From NCBI GenBank assembly GCA_027339965.1, contig DAHWNL010000012.1:1-64000 (forward strand): a stretch of 64,000 nucleotides of DNA, in the 5' to 3' direction. The DNA is from Granulicella sp. GTDB taxonomy: Bacteria > Acidobacteriota > Terriglobia > Terriglobales > Acidobacteriaceae. Shown piece by piece: positions 11,926 to 20,453 of the stretch. A program made the translations under genes and the position numbers. The notes beneath the pieces were generated by a model, which searched no databases, was not told the DNA's origin, and worked only from the letters and a program-made list of their open reading frames with translations. Each line of letters begins with the position of its first letter. The first letter of the stretch is position 1.

Positions 11926-13247
11926 GATCTTCCTCCTTTTGCAGTCCGACTCTGAACCTTCTCCACCAGGGAGCGGATCAGCCAAAGCACGCTGTGCAGC
12001 ACAAAGAACGTCATCACGCAGGTGATGAGCAAAACCATGAACAAGCGGATGGAGGAGAGGATCGGGAACCTGCGGAAGTTGTGCGGATTCGCATGAGGCT
12101 CATACTTCACAAAGCCCGCATTCGCTCCCGCGTGACAGCGTCCGCAGGTCCTCACCAGATTGGCCCGATTGACTGGAGAGCGCGGGTTGGATGCCGGCAG
12201 GATTCCATGTTCACCGTGACAGTCCGAGCATCTCGCAATGTCGATGTAGCTTCCCAGGGAACTGACCTTGGAGTGGAAGGTATCCCGATAGGTGGTCAAC
12301 TGAGGCTGATGGCAGTTGCCGCAAACCTGCGTCGACTCGGCCATGGTAGGAGCGGAGATCGCGTGCGCGGTGTGACAGTCGGTACAGACCGGAGCCTGTG
12401 GATTGCCTTGCTCCATGGCCTGACCGTGGATGCCCGCCATATACTTCGCAAGAATGCCTGCATGGCAACTTCCGCATGTCTTGGGAATGTTGGTTCGATA
12501 GGTGGGGCTGCGCGGGTCTTTATGGCTCAGAATGTGGTGATCGCCATGGCAACTGCTGCAGTTGGCCGCCACCAGTAGACCCTCCTTGCTGAGCGCAAAT
12601 CCATGGATGGAGTCCACATACTGCGGGTAAACATTGGAGAGATGGTGCTGTTTGGCCATGGACGCATTGCCGTGACACCTGCCGCAGGTTGCGGGAATGT
12701 TCAGGGGATAGGCGGCGGACTTCGGACTGTCCTTGGAAACAATGGCGTGAGCGTCGCCATGGCAGGCCGTACACGGCTGACGGGAGGCATGCTCGTGGAC
12801 GCTGCCGACTAGCGCGCCGGCCTGCTCGGAGTGGCAATTGGCGCAGTTGACCTGCGCCGGGTGATCGGGATGGGGATAGCCATGGATGTCGGCGTGACAA
12901 GCGGTACAGTCCAGGCCGCCATGGACGCTGGCATGGAACAGATTGGCGTCCACGCCCACATTGTGCCCGGCTGCATCCTGCATCGTCGTGTCGCCATGGC
13001 AGGAGAGGCAGTCGGTTTGCGCGCGAAGGGCCGGCCAAGAAAACAGCAGCAGCAGACCGGCACAAGCGACCGCCCAGGATCGCCCGGCAGGCTGGAAGCC
13101 GCGCCAGGCCGGCCGAGTACCCGTCAGGGCGGAAGAACGCCTCAGGGCAAGCTTTGGCCCTCCAACTGGAGACGTGGCTGTCCTGAAGGAGAGCGTGGGA
13201 CCACCCCGGGCTTTTGGCCCGGGGCTTCGTTTGGGGAAGAGAGACAA
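11922..13247 (-). CDS. 11-heme periplasmic cytochrome c with C-terminal TM anchor (start uncertain)
   Basis: Signal-peptide-like AVACAGLLLLFSWPALRA; 11 CxxCH (CLSCH, CTACH, CANCH, CTACH, CGRCH, CSSCH, CGSCH, CTDCH, CGNCH, CSDCH, CGRCH); C-terminal helix with His (FFVLHSVLWLIRS). Confidence 0.9.
   Translation of the reverse strand: MSLFPKRSPGPKARGGPTLSFRTATSPVGGPKLALRRSSALTGTRPAWRGFQPAGRSWAVACAGLLLLFSWPALRAQTDCLSCHGDTTMQDAAGHNVGVDANLFHASVHGGLDCTACHADIHGYPHPDHPAQVNCANCHSEQAGALVGSVHEHASRQPCTACHGDAHAIVSKDSPKSAAYPLNIPATCGRCHGNASMAKQHHLSNVYPQYVDSIHGFALSKEGLLVAANCSSCHGDHHILSHKDPRSPTYRTNIPKTCGSCHAGILAKYMAGIHGQAMEQGNPQAPVCTDCHTAHAISAPTMAESTQVCGNCHQPQLTTYRDTFHSKVSSLGSYIDIARCSDCHGEHGILPASNPRSPVNRANLVRTCGRCHAGANAGFVKYEPHANPHNFRRFPILSSIRLFMVLLITCVMTFFVLHSVLWLIRSLVEKVQSRTAKGGRS
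13203..13225 (-). terminator. GC-rich hairpin between the monoheme cytochromes and the 11-heme gene
   Basis: Minus strand GCCCCGGGC-CAAAA-GCCCGGGGT. Confidence 0.45.
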
Positions 13248-13420
13248 GTCCTGCCGCAAGGGGTAAGGACTTTGAAGATCACGAGGTGGGAGGGTTCTCG
13301 AGGTGTGTTGGTCTTCTAAGTGAAAACGACTCGATGGCTGCTTGCTGCGAGCGGAAACTGGGGCTGCCCCCTCTTTCCGGAGCCTACCCGACGGTGACAT
13401 GACTTGCCTCTTTCAGGTTG

Positions 13421-13735
13421 TCACTTCTGCAACGTTCGAATGTACATCACTGCCGCCTTGATCTGATCAGCCGAGAGCTTGCCTCCATAGGAAGGCATGT
13501 TGCCCTTGCCATTGGTCACGGCAGCGATCAGAGATGCGGTCGATGCCTTCTTCAACTCCGGCGAGTTGAAGGGCATCGCCCTCATGGACTTGCCAGCCAT
13601 GGTCGGCTGGCCGTTGGCACCGTGGCACATCTGGCACTTCGAGCTGTAGATCGCAGCACCCGAGGTCTGTGCAAAGGCTGGTGAAACGGAAATCGCCAGA
13701 ATGGAAGCTGCTGCGAGGGTCAGAGTACGATTCAT
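13421..13735 (-). CDS. Monoheme class I cytochrome c (c6/c553-like)
   Basis: Signal peptide ending AFA; CQMCH; distal Met in NMPSYGGKLS; SD AAGGAG. Confidence 0.93.
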   Translation of the reverse strand: MNRTLTLAAASILAISVSPAFAQTSGAAIYSSKCQMCHGANGQPTMAGKSMRAMPFNSPELKKASTASLIAAVTNGKGNMPSYGGKLSADQIKAAVMYIRTLQK

Positions 13736-13887
13736 GATTGCTCCTTGTGACTCGATTTTGGACTGCTACCTGGGCGACACGAGGAGGCTGCACCCATCTA
13801 GCGTTTCCATACTAACGGATACAATCACGTGGCACATGGTTGTAAGGAGCGAGCTGCTTTTTGAAGTTCGCCATGGGTGGTAACGGG

Positions 13888-14181
13888 CTACTTCAGGGTT
13901 TTGATATACGCGACAACGGCATTCATCTGAGCATCGGTAAGCTTACCGGCGTAAGCAGGCATCCGTGGGCTGATACCCTTCCTGGTGATGGCGATCAGGC
14001 TCGCCGCGGAGGCGCGGGGACTGAACGCGGGAACCTTCATGGCCTTGTTTCCACTTCCATCCGCCATATGGCACATCTGGCACTTGCTCTTGTAGATCGC
14101 GGCGCCGTCCTGGGCCAACATGGGGGTGGCTGCGGTTACGGCGAGGAGGAAGACTGCCAATTTGACTCGATTCGGTTTCAC
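13888..14181 (-). CDS. Monoheme class I cytochrome c, paralog of the adjacent gene
   Basis: GTG start with SD AGGAG; signal peptide; GAAIYKSKCQMCH; RMPAYAGKLT. Confidence 0.92.
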   Translation of the reverse strand: MKPNRVKLAVFLLAVTAATPMLAQDGAAIYKSKCQMCHMADGSGNKAMKVPAFSPRASAASLIAITRKGISPRMPAYAGKLTDAQMNAVVAYIKTLK

Positions 14182-14630
14182 TGGATTCTCCTGTTGCTTC
14201 TGCAAACTGTGGATTGCATCGGTTAGCTTCGTTGATCCCTGCAGCCGTCCAACGTCCAGCCGAGGCCGCACAAGGCCCTCGCCCTGGCCGGTCTTCCGCG
14301 AGATGATCTGCAATGGGCCACTCTACAGACAACAGCCGGGGGGCAGGTAAACCGGAGCTTTGATCCTCTCCCCGGCTGCTGAGCCATACCCCTCGACAAA
14401 ACATCAGGGGCTTCGGACGAAGGTCTGAAGCGCCGGAACCTTCCGCAGGGGCAGGCATGGCAGCCCGGGTACCGGAAGCGGCCGCCGCAAGGCGCTTTGC
14501 TGACCCGCAGAACCTTTTCCACATCGCGGCTTCCCCTCGATCTCGGCGAGCTGGAATCTCCGACCTCCGGAGCTGCTTCGCCGCCTGCGCTGTCTCTGCG
14601 AAGACCATAGTCCTGCGCTGGAGATCAACC

Positions 14631-14646
14631 AGTGATTTCCATCACA
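14631..14646 (-). promoter_or_regulatory. Crp/Fnr box with class II promoter geometry for the cytochrome operon
   Basis: Minus strand TGTGA-TGGAAA-TCACT; -10-like TATGGT at 14609-14604. Confidence 0.75.
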
Positions 14647-14788
14647 AAAGGAAACTTTCAAAGCGTGCTCCCCCAGTTCGCAAGCCGGCGATCGTGTCCT
14701 ACTTCGCAGATCTCAAGACATTTACCGCCAAAGAAGAGAAGGGGGATGATTCGCTGATATTCGAATCAATTGTGCGATGATCATCCAT

Positions 14789-14804
14789 TGTGACGCGGAT
14801 CACA
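14789..14804. promoter_or_regulatory. Perfect Crp-consensus box
   Basis: TGTGA-CGCGGA-TCACA in intergenic DNA. Confidence 0.7.
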
Positions 14805-15028
14805 GCAGCCTGCGCAGGCTTGGCATCTGATGGTGATGTCAGGACGTTGGGGTTGGAAGCACAAGCGGGACAAGCCTCAGAACGCATCGGCCCGACCGGG
14901 CGTCACAGACTGCGGAAGGGAGTTGCCATGTCGGATAAGCTCTCGGAACCGGTGTGGATGCTCTCAAAGCCCCGCAGCTTAGCATCTGCCGCGGCTCGCC
15001 GTTTCCGCAGGAGACGGGGAGCGAGCCT

Positions 15029-15058
15029 CAAAGAAGCCGAATGCAAAGAAGCCGAATG
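15029..15058. repeat. Exact 15-bp tandem duplication
   Basis: CAAAGAAGCCGAATG x2. Confidence 0.8.
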
Positions 15059-15073
15059 GAAGATAGGTTGCGG

Positions 15074-15226
15074 CTATCGCGGAAGCTGGGCGGAACAGAG
15101 CGTCGTCGCCAGGTTGGCGAGGAAAAGAACTGCAAAGGCAACCAGAATCACCACAACGCCGCCTACTGTTAACCGCTCCCAGAGATCTGAGCTCTTGCCC
15201 GCAAACAACTCCTGCTTTGCCGCCAT
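15074..15226 (-). CDS. Unannotated 50-aa single-TM small protein
   Basis: MAAKQELFAGKSSDLWERLTVGGVVVILVAFAVLFLANLATTLCSAQLPR; SD GAGGA; Crp box and TAGAGT -10 immediately upstream. Confidence 0.65.
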   Translation of the reverse strand: MAAKQELFAGKSSDLWERLTVGGVVVILVAFAVLFLANLATTLCSAQLPR

Positions 15227-15272
15227 GGATCTTGTCCTCATGCCCCACTCTAAAGAGTTCGACGGCGATTGC

Positions 15273-15288
15273 AGTGACCCTGGTCACA
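15273..15288 (-). promoter_or_regulatory. Crp/Fnr box between the small protein gene and the crp/fnr gene
   Basis: Minus strand TGTGA-CCAGGG-TCACT; -10-like TAGAGT at 15252-15247. Confidence 0.72.
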
Positions 15289-15391
15289 GGCAGGTTCCTG
15301 ATCGGATCCTGCCGCTGTGGCGCGGGCATCGGGATCAAAACGTCCCAACCATGACTTCGCTTTTGTCTTTCGTCAACCAGGAGGTCAATCG

Positions 15392-16105
15392 ATGAACTAC
15401 CTTCATACCCACATGAACTCCGGCTGCAAAGACTGTTCTGACCGCTCCTTGCGTATTCTGTGCGATCTCTCCGGGCAAGCTCGCTCTGACTTCGAGGCTC
15501 TTGGCATGCAAATGCGGCTGCCCAAGCGCTCCGTCATCTTTCAGGAAGATGATATCTGTGATGCCGCAACCATCATTTGCATGGGCCAGGTGAAGTTGTC
15601 CTGCACCTCGCGTGAAGGCAAGACGCATATTCTCAGAATTGCCGTCCCCGGGGATCTGCTGGGGCTGGGCGCCGCAATCTCCGGGACGCACTATGAGTTG
15701 ACCGCTGAAACCATCGAACCTTGCGTCGTGAAGAAGATTCGACGCAGCGAGTTGTTGGCCTTTCTGGAGAGATACGGGCAAGCGAGCATGCTGGCGGCCA
15801 AGGCGCTCTCCGAGGAGTACAAATCGGCGTTCTTTGATGCCCGACGGCTGGCGCTCTCCGGCTCCACGGCCGGCAGGCTGGCCGGCGTCTTGCTGGACTG
15901 GGGACGGGCTGCCGCCGGACGACACGGAACGGACATGCGCTTCACCATGGCGTTGACGCATGAGGAACTCGCCAATTTGGCCGGAACATCCCGTGAGACG
16001 GTCACTCGCGCTTTGGGAAGGTTTCAGAGAGACGGCTTGATTGAGATTCACGGCTCTTCCTTTCGCGTCCTCGCGCCGCTGGAATTGGAGAACCTGGCCA
16101 CCTAG
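15392..16105 (+). CDS. Crp/Fnr family transcriptional regulator with N-terminal Cys cluster
   Basis: SD GGAGG; CKDC-x8-C; cNMP-fold GQVKLS..PGDLLGL; HTH LTHEELANLAGTSRETVTRAL. Confidence 0.95.
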   Translation: MNYLHTHMNSGCKDCSDRSLRILCDLSGQARSDFEALGMQMRLPKRSVIFQEDDICDAATIICMGQVKLSCTSREGKTHILRIAVPGDLLGLGAAISGTHYELTAETIEPCVVKKIRRSELLAFLERYGQASMLAAKALSEEYKSAFFDARRLALSGSTAGRLAGVLLDWGRAAAGRHGTDMRFTMALTHEELANLAGTSRETVTRALGRFQRDGLIEIHGSSFRVLAPLELENLAT

Positions 16106-16413
16106 GAGTTTACTCAGCGAGCGCCAAAGCAACGATTGAGGCTCTGCAAGGTGTGTCACGGCCGAAGGGATGCGCCTTGGAAGGGGGAGCTTCGGGGACG
16201 CAACGGCGTTCCAAAACAGTCCTCGGCAACCCAGCCATCGGTGCTCAAGCTGGTCTGCGGCGAGTGGATTGGGGGCAGGCGGCGCAGTGGCCGGGGCGGA
16301 GGAGTTGAACGCATTGCGGCCACGGCGTCATCGGCTCGAATAGGATAGCTTTCCAGCCAGGACCATGATGTTCCAGCAACTCTCCAGCCGCGCCTCCGGA
16401 AGATGCATCTTCG

Positions 16414-16429
16414 TGTGACAAACGTCACC
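16414..16429 (+). promoter_or_regulatory. Crp/Fnr box upstream of usp
   Basis: TGTGA-CAAACG-TCACC. Confidence 0.65.
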
Positions 16430-16597
16430 GTCATTTCTCTTCAAACAGAATTCAATCAAGCAAAACATCGCAGGGCGGAAAGCCTTCGAGTGGCCGTGCG
16501 TGAGGCGAACTCCCATTGCTCCCTGCGTTCCACCGGGCAAGGGCCGGTGGCGATGCATCAGCGACGCGTAGAAGTCGGCTGAGGGAGGCTTGGCCTT

Positions 16598-17572
16598 ATG
16601 CAGGATTGTTCCAGCAAGACGCCATCCCCCTTCCGCAGAGTGCTGTTGGCCACAAATCTCGGCGAGGGCTCCGAAGAGGTTTTGCATGCAGCTCTGCAAC
16701 TCTGCCGGAGGAGCGGCGCTAGCCTCCGGATCCTGCATGTCTCCAAGCCATATCCACCTCTCAGCCAGGACAAGGGAGAGTCAGCCAGGTTCATCGCACT
16801 GCCCCGCTCATTGGACCAGGAGGCGTCCGAACTCCTTCGCGAGGCCAGAGAACGCGCTCTCTCGCTCAGTCTCCACTGCATCACGCGGCAGGAGTCGGGG
16901 GTTCCAGCGGAGAGGATTCTGAAGGCATTGGAGGCCGAGGAGACTGACCTGCTCATCCTTGGAACGGGGGAGCCTCACGGCTCCATTCGCAATGCCTTTG
17001 GACCAACCGCCGAGAAGGTGATGCTGCAAGCCGCCTGCCCCATCATGACGGTAGGGCGGGTAGCGGCCGAGACCTTTCAGCCCAGCCCCTCCGATGGACC
17101 CGTACTCTTTGCCACCGACTTTCACTCATGCACTCGGCAGGCGATCCACCAGGCCATCCGCTATAGCAGGAGCATCCAACAGAAGCTTCACTGTGCGCAC
17201 GTGCTGCCTCGCGCAATGCAGTCCATTCATGGAGACAACACCCTGGCCGAACTTCTGACCAATGCGCTCAAACACCTGGTAACCACCAACAACACATCAG
17301 ACCAGGACACAATCTGCGCGGTGATCTATGGAAGCGAAATCTCCAATGCCATCGTAAATTACGCCCGGCAAATCCACGCGGGCATCATCTTTCTCGGAGT
17401 ACGCAGGAACAGCATTCTTTCTTCACCGGATCGTCTCCCCATTGCTTTCCGAATCATTGTCGAATCACCCTGCCCGGTTGTGACCATCCTCTGCGGCGAA
17501 GAGGCCGAGCCGGAGAACATGACTGATTTGGGCGCCTGCAGCTTCAAGGCGCCACCCTCGCCTCTGCAGTAA
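16598..17572 (+). CDS. Universal stress protein, tandem Usp domains
   Basis: RRVLLATN..LRILHV..DLLILGT..FGPTAEKVMLQAACPIMTV and VLFATDF..IIFLGVR..ESPCPVVTI; SD GGAGG. Confidence 0.92.
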   Translation: MQDCSSKTPSPFRRVLLATNLGEGSEEVLHAALQLCRRSGASLRILHVSKPYPPLSQDKGESARFIALPRSLDQEASELLREARERALSLSLHCITRQESGVPAERILKALEAEETDLLILGTGEPHGSIRNAFGPTAEKVMLQAACPIMTVGRVAAETFQPSPSDGPVLFATDFHSCTRQAIHQAIRYSRSIQQKLHCAHVLPRAMQSIHGDNTLAELLTNALKHLVTTNNTSDQDTICAVIYGSEISNAIVNYARQIHAGIIFLGVRRNSILSSPDRLPIAFRIIVESPCPVVTILCGEEAEPENMTDLGACSFKAPPSPLQ

Positions 17573-17664
17573 GACACCGCAGAAGCTCATGGGCCTCCGC
17601 CTCCGGCCTGCTGCCGAAGGCGAAGCAGTGCCCACCCGAACCCGGCCGCTGTGGAAAGCCTGTT

Positions 17665-18807
17665 CTAGTGAACGGGCGGCTCATAGTGACAGAACGGATC
17701 GCTCGCCAGCGCATCCCCCGTTGCCGCAAAGGCTCGCGCGCGAGAACCGCCGCATAGAGCGCGATACTCACAGCGCCCGCACTTTCCCTTGAACTGATTG
17801 GGATCGTGCAACGCCCGGAAGATCGGCGCGTTGCGGTAAACATCCTGGAGCTGGTCGGTGCGTATGTTGCCGACCGCCAGCGGGAGGAAGCCGGCCGGGC
17901 AGATGTCGCCCTGATTCGAGATAAAGACAATTCCGTGACCATCGCGGATGCCAAAACCGCGATAGACGGGAGTGCGCTCGATCTCGCCGGCCGCCATGCC
18001 CGCTGCGCGCATGCGGCTGAGTGCCACGCGGCGATAAGACGGCGCTTCCGTAGTGGCCATGGCAAAGGGGGCGACCTTGGACTGGTCGTAGATCCAGTTC
18101 ATCAGTTCCTCTCCACGCTCGCTGGAGATCGGCTGCAGGACCTTGCCGCGCCCGACCTCGATCAAAAAAAACAGGCTCCAGCGCATCACCGGAAAGGTCT
18201 TGAGCAACTCATAAACAGCGGGAACGTCGTCCACCGTCTCTTCGGCGACAAGCGTGTTCACCTGAATGGGAACACCCAGGCCGGCTGCCGCCTTGGCGGC
18301 GGCGATGGTCCAGCCGAAGCAGCCCTCCACGCCGCGTACTGCCTCATGGCGAGCTGCTGTTGAGCCATCCAGGCTGAGGCCGAAGCTGTCAATCCCATGC
18401 TCCCTGAGCCGGGAGAGTACCTCCACCGTAAGGTCCGTCGTCGCGCTGGGCGTAATGGATGCGTTGATGCCCAACGAACGCGCCTCGTCGATCAAATCGA
18501 AGAGATCCGCACGCCGCAGCGGGTCGCCGCCGGTAAAGACCAGGTGCGGCGTGGGGTTCTTGAAAGCCGCGATCTGGCGCAACAGGTTTTTCCCCTCCTC
18601 AAAGGTGAGCTCATTGGGGTGCGGCGTGGAGACAGCCTCGGCGCGGCAGTGACGGCAGGCGAGCCCACAGGCTTGCGTCATCTCCCAATACACCAGCATC
18701 GGTTGCTCTGCGTAGCTGTGATTGGAGGAGTGCTGCGGGTGAGTGTGCGGATGCACGTGGCGGGCCGGCATGGAGGAGGGGATCGAACGGATATCCATGG
18801 TTGACAT
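17665..18807 (-). CDS. Radical SAM/SPASM protein, AhbD/NirJ-related (TIGR04053-like)
   Basis: WEMTQACGLACRHCRA (CxxxCxxC), TGGDPL, C-terminal KCGRCEYRALCGGSRARA..DPFC; directly downstream of hemG. Confidence 0.9.
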   Translation of the reverse strand: MSTMDIRSIPSSMPARHVHPHTHPQHSSNHSYAEQPMLVYWEMTQACGLACRHCRAEAVSTPHPNELTFEEGKNLLRQIAAFKNPTPHLVFTGGDPLRRADLFDLIDEARSLGINASITPSATTDLTVEVLSRLREHGIDSFGLSLDGSTAARHEAVRGVEGCFGWTIAAAKAAAGLGVPIQVNTLVAEETVDDVPAVYELLKTFPVMRWSLFFLIEVGRGKVLQPISSERGEELMNWIYDQSKVAPFAMATTEAPSYRRVALSRMRAAGMAAGEIERTPVYRGFGIRDGHGIVFISNQGDICPAGFLPLAVGNIRTDQLQDVYRNAPIFRALHDPNQFKGKCGRCEYRALCGGSRARAFAATGDALASDPFCHYEPPVH

Positions 18808-18818
18808 AAATGGTTCTC

Positions 18819-20330
18819 CTAAGAGCTAGAAGGGGCTTCAAGCGCAACCGGCGACGGATCGTGGGCTGTCTGAGGGCCGGCCCGATGCGGGAGCGGCCCA
18901 CCATGATGAATCTTCGCAGCGGTCTCGGCCCCGCGCTGGATGCATTCCGGTATCCCGGAGCCGTGATAGGCTGCACCCGCCAGGTAGAGACCCGGATGGT
19001 TTGCAATCTCGCGCTCGATCTCCTGAACCAGTACGCCATGGCCGATATTGTATTGGGGGACGGACTTTCTCCAACGGTAGGCACGGGCGAGGATGGGAGT
19101 TGCAGTGATGCCCAGGATCTCTCTCAACTCCTGGCGTGCCACCTCAATCAGGGCATCCTCATCCTGTTCGGCCAGATCTTCTGCAAAGACGCCGCCAATG
19201 AAGACCCGCAGAAGCACGCTGTCGGCCGGCGCGCGATGCCCGAACTTGTTGGAAGACCAGGAGCAGGCATTGATCCTTCGCCCCTCGCTGCGGGGCACAA
19301 TGAAGCCAAATCCACTCAGCGCGCAGGTGACCTCGCTGCGGCGGAACGCCAGCGAAACGGTCGCGGTGGAGACGTAGTGAATCTTGCGCAGATTGTCGGA
19401 CAGCACCGGATCCAGCCGTTCCAGGATCTCCGCGGTGACGTAGGCGGGCGTGGCGAAGACGACGTTCTCCGCCGCCACCGAAGCGCCGCTCGCCAGGGTG
19501 ACTGTGTAACCTCCGCCGCGGGCTGGATCACCCTTCCGAATCAACGAATGCACGGGGCAGTTCAGCCTGATCCGCTCCGAAGCAAGACGAGAGACCAGGG
19601 CGTCGGGAAGTTGCTGGACACCGCCGCGGAGCGTGGTAAACATCGAGGTGTGGCCTGCCGGAGCCGGCTTCGCAGCTGACGCTCCCGCTGAGGCAGAGGC
19701 TTGCGCCTTCTTGCGTCTCATCATGCCCAGCACCAGGCTGCGATGCTTTGCCTCCAGCTCCACAAACATGGGAAAGGTGCTGCGCAGACTCAGGCTGTCA
19801 GGATCTCCAGAGTGAATGCCGGCCATCAACGGACCCGCAATCTTCTCCAACATCTCGGAACCCAGGCGGCGGCGGACAAAACTACCCAGACTCTCATCTG
19901 GATCCGATGTATTCCTGCCAACAAAGATCTCCAGCCCCAAGCGCAGCTTGCCCGGCCAGGAGATCAGCCGAGAGCGAAGAACCGGAAGCATCATGGTCGG
20001 AGCCATCAGCATCATGCCTTCCGGCATGGGGTGCAGCCGTCCCTTGTTCAACACATAGGTGGAGGCCGTGGAGCTTTGGTTGGACCCGATCAGTTGATCG
20101 CCCAGGCCCAGCTCCAGGCAAAGGTCCAGCGCAGCCCGCTTCTGGGTCAGAAAGGAGTCCGGCCCGCCTTCCACCAGGAAGCCATCGCCGGCATGGGTGG
20201 TGATCTTCCCTCCCAGATGGCCGGAGCTCTCCAGCAGGAGATAGTCGGCTTCCTTGCCTTCCAGCTTCTGGAGGAAATATGCGGTCGAAAGACCTGCGAT
20301 TCCCGCACCGATGACGACTGTCCTGTGCAT
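18819..20330 (-). CDS. hemG: HemY-type flavin-dependent protoporphyrinogen/coproporphyrinogen oxidase
   Basis: VVIGAGIAGLSTA FAD motif, EGGPDSFL, GFGFIVP, PQYNIGH, GSGIPECI. Confidence 0.94.
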   Translation of the reverse strand: MHRTVVIGAGIAGLSTAYFLQKLEGKEADYLLLESSGHLGGKITTHAGDGFLVEGGPDSFLTQKRAALDLCLELGLGDQLIGSNQSSTASTYVLNKGRLHPMPEGMMLMAPTMMLPVLRSRLISWPGKLRLGLEIFVGRNTSDPDESLGSFVRRRLGSEMLEKIAGPLMAGIHSGDPDSLSLRSTFPMFVELEAKHRSLVLGMMRRKKAQASASAGASAAKPAPAGHTSMFTTLRGGVQQLPDALVSRLASERIRLNCPVHSLIRKGDPARGGGYTVTLASGASVAAENVVFATPAYVTAEILERLDPVLSDNLRKIHYVSTATVSLAFRRSEVTCALSGFGFIVPRSEGRRINACSWSSNKFGHRAPADSVLLRVFIGGVFAEDLAEQDEDALIEVARQELREILGITATPILARAYRWRKSVPQYNIGHGVLVQEIEREIANHPGLYLAGAAYHGSGIPECIQRGAETAAKIHHGGPLPHRAGPQTAHDPSPVALEAPSSS

Positions 20331-20356
20331 CACGATGTCACGCTTTCGCTAAGCAT
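20330..20356 (-). other. 8-codon upstream mini-ORF (MLSESVTS*) coupled to hemG by a TGATG overlap
   Basis: Minus strand AGGAGGAACC-ATG CTT AGC GAA AGC GTG ACA TCG TGA-TG CAC. Confidence 0.6.
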
Positions 20357-20453
20357 GGTTCCTCCTGGGAGAGGGGCGGCTGGGTTAGAAGCTCCTCCAG
20401 CGCCCCGGAGTTCGTCATCGCCTTTAAGGTTATCGGGGAAAGCCCGGGGTCAC

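Noticed and set aside
16144..16159. Weak Crp-like site TGCAA-GGTGTG-TCACG after the regulator gene
   Set aside because: Only one good half-site and no promoter geometry
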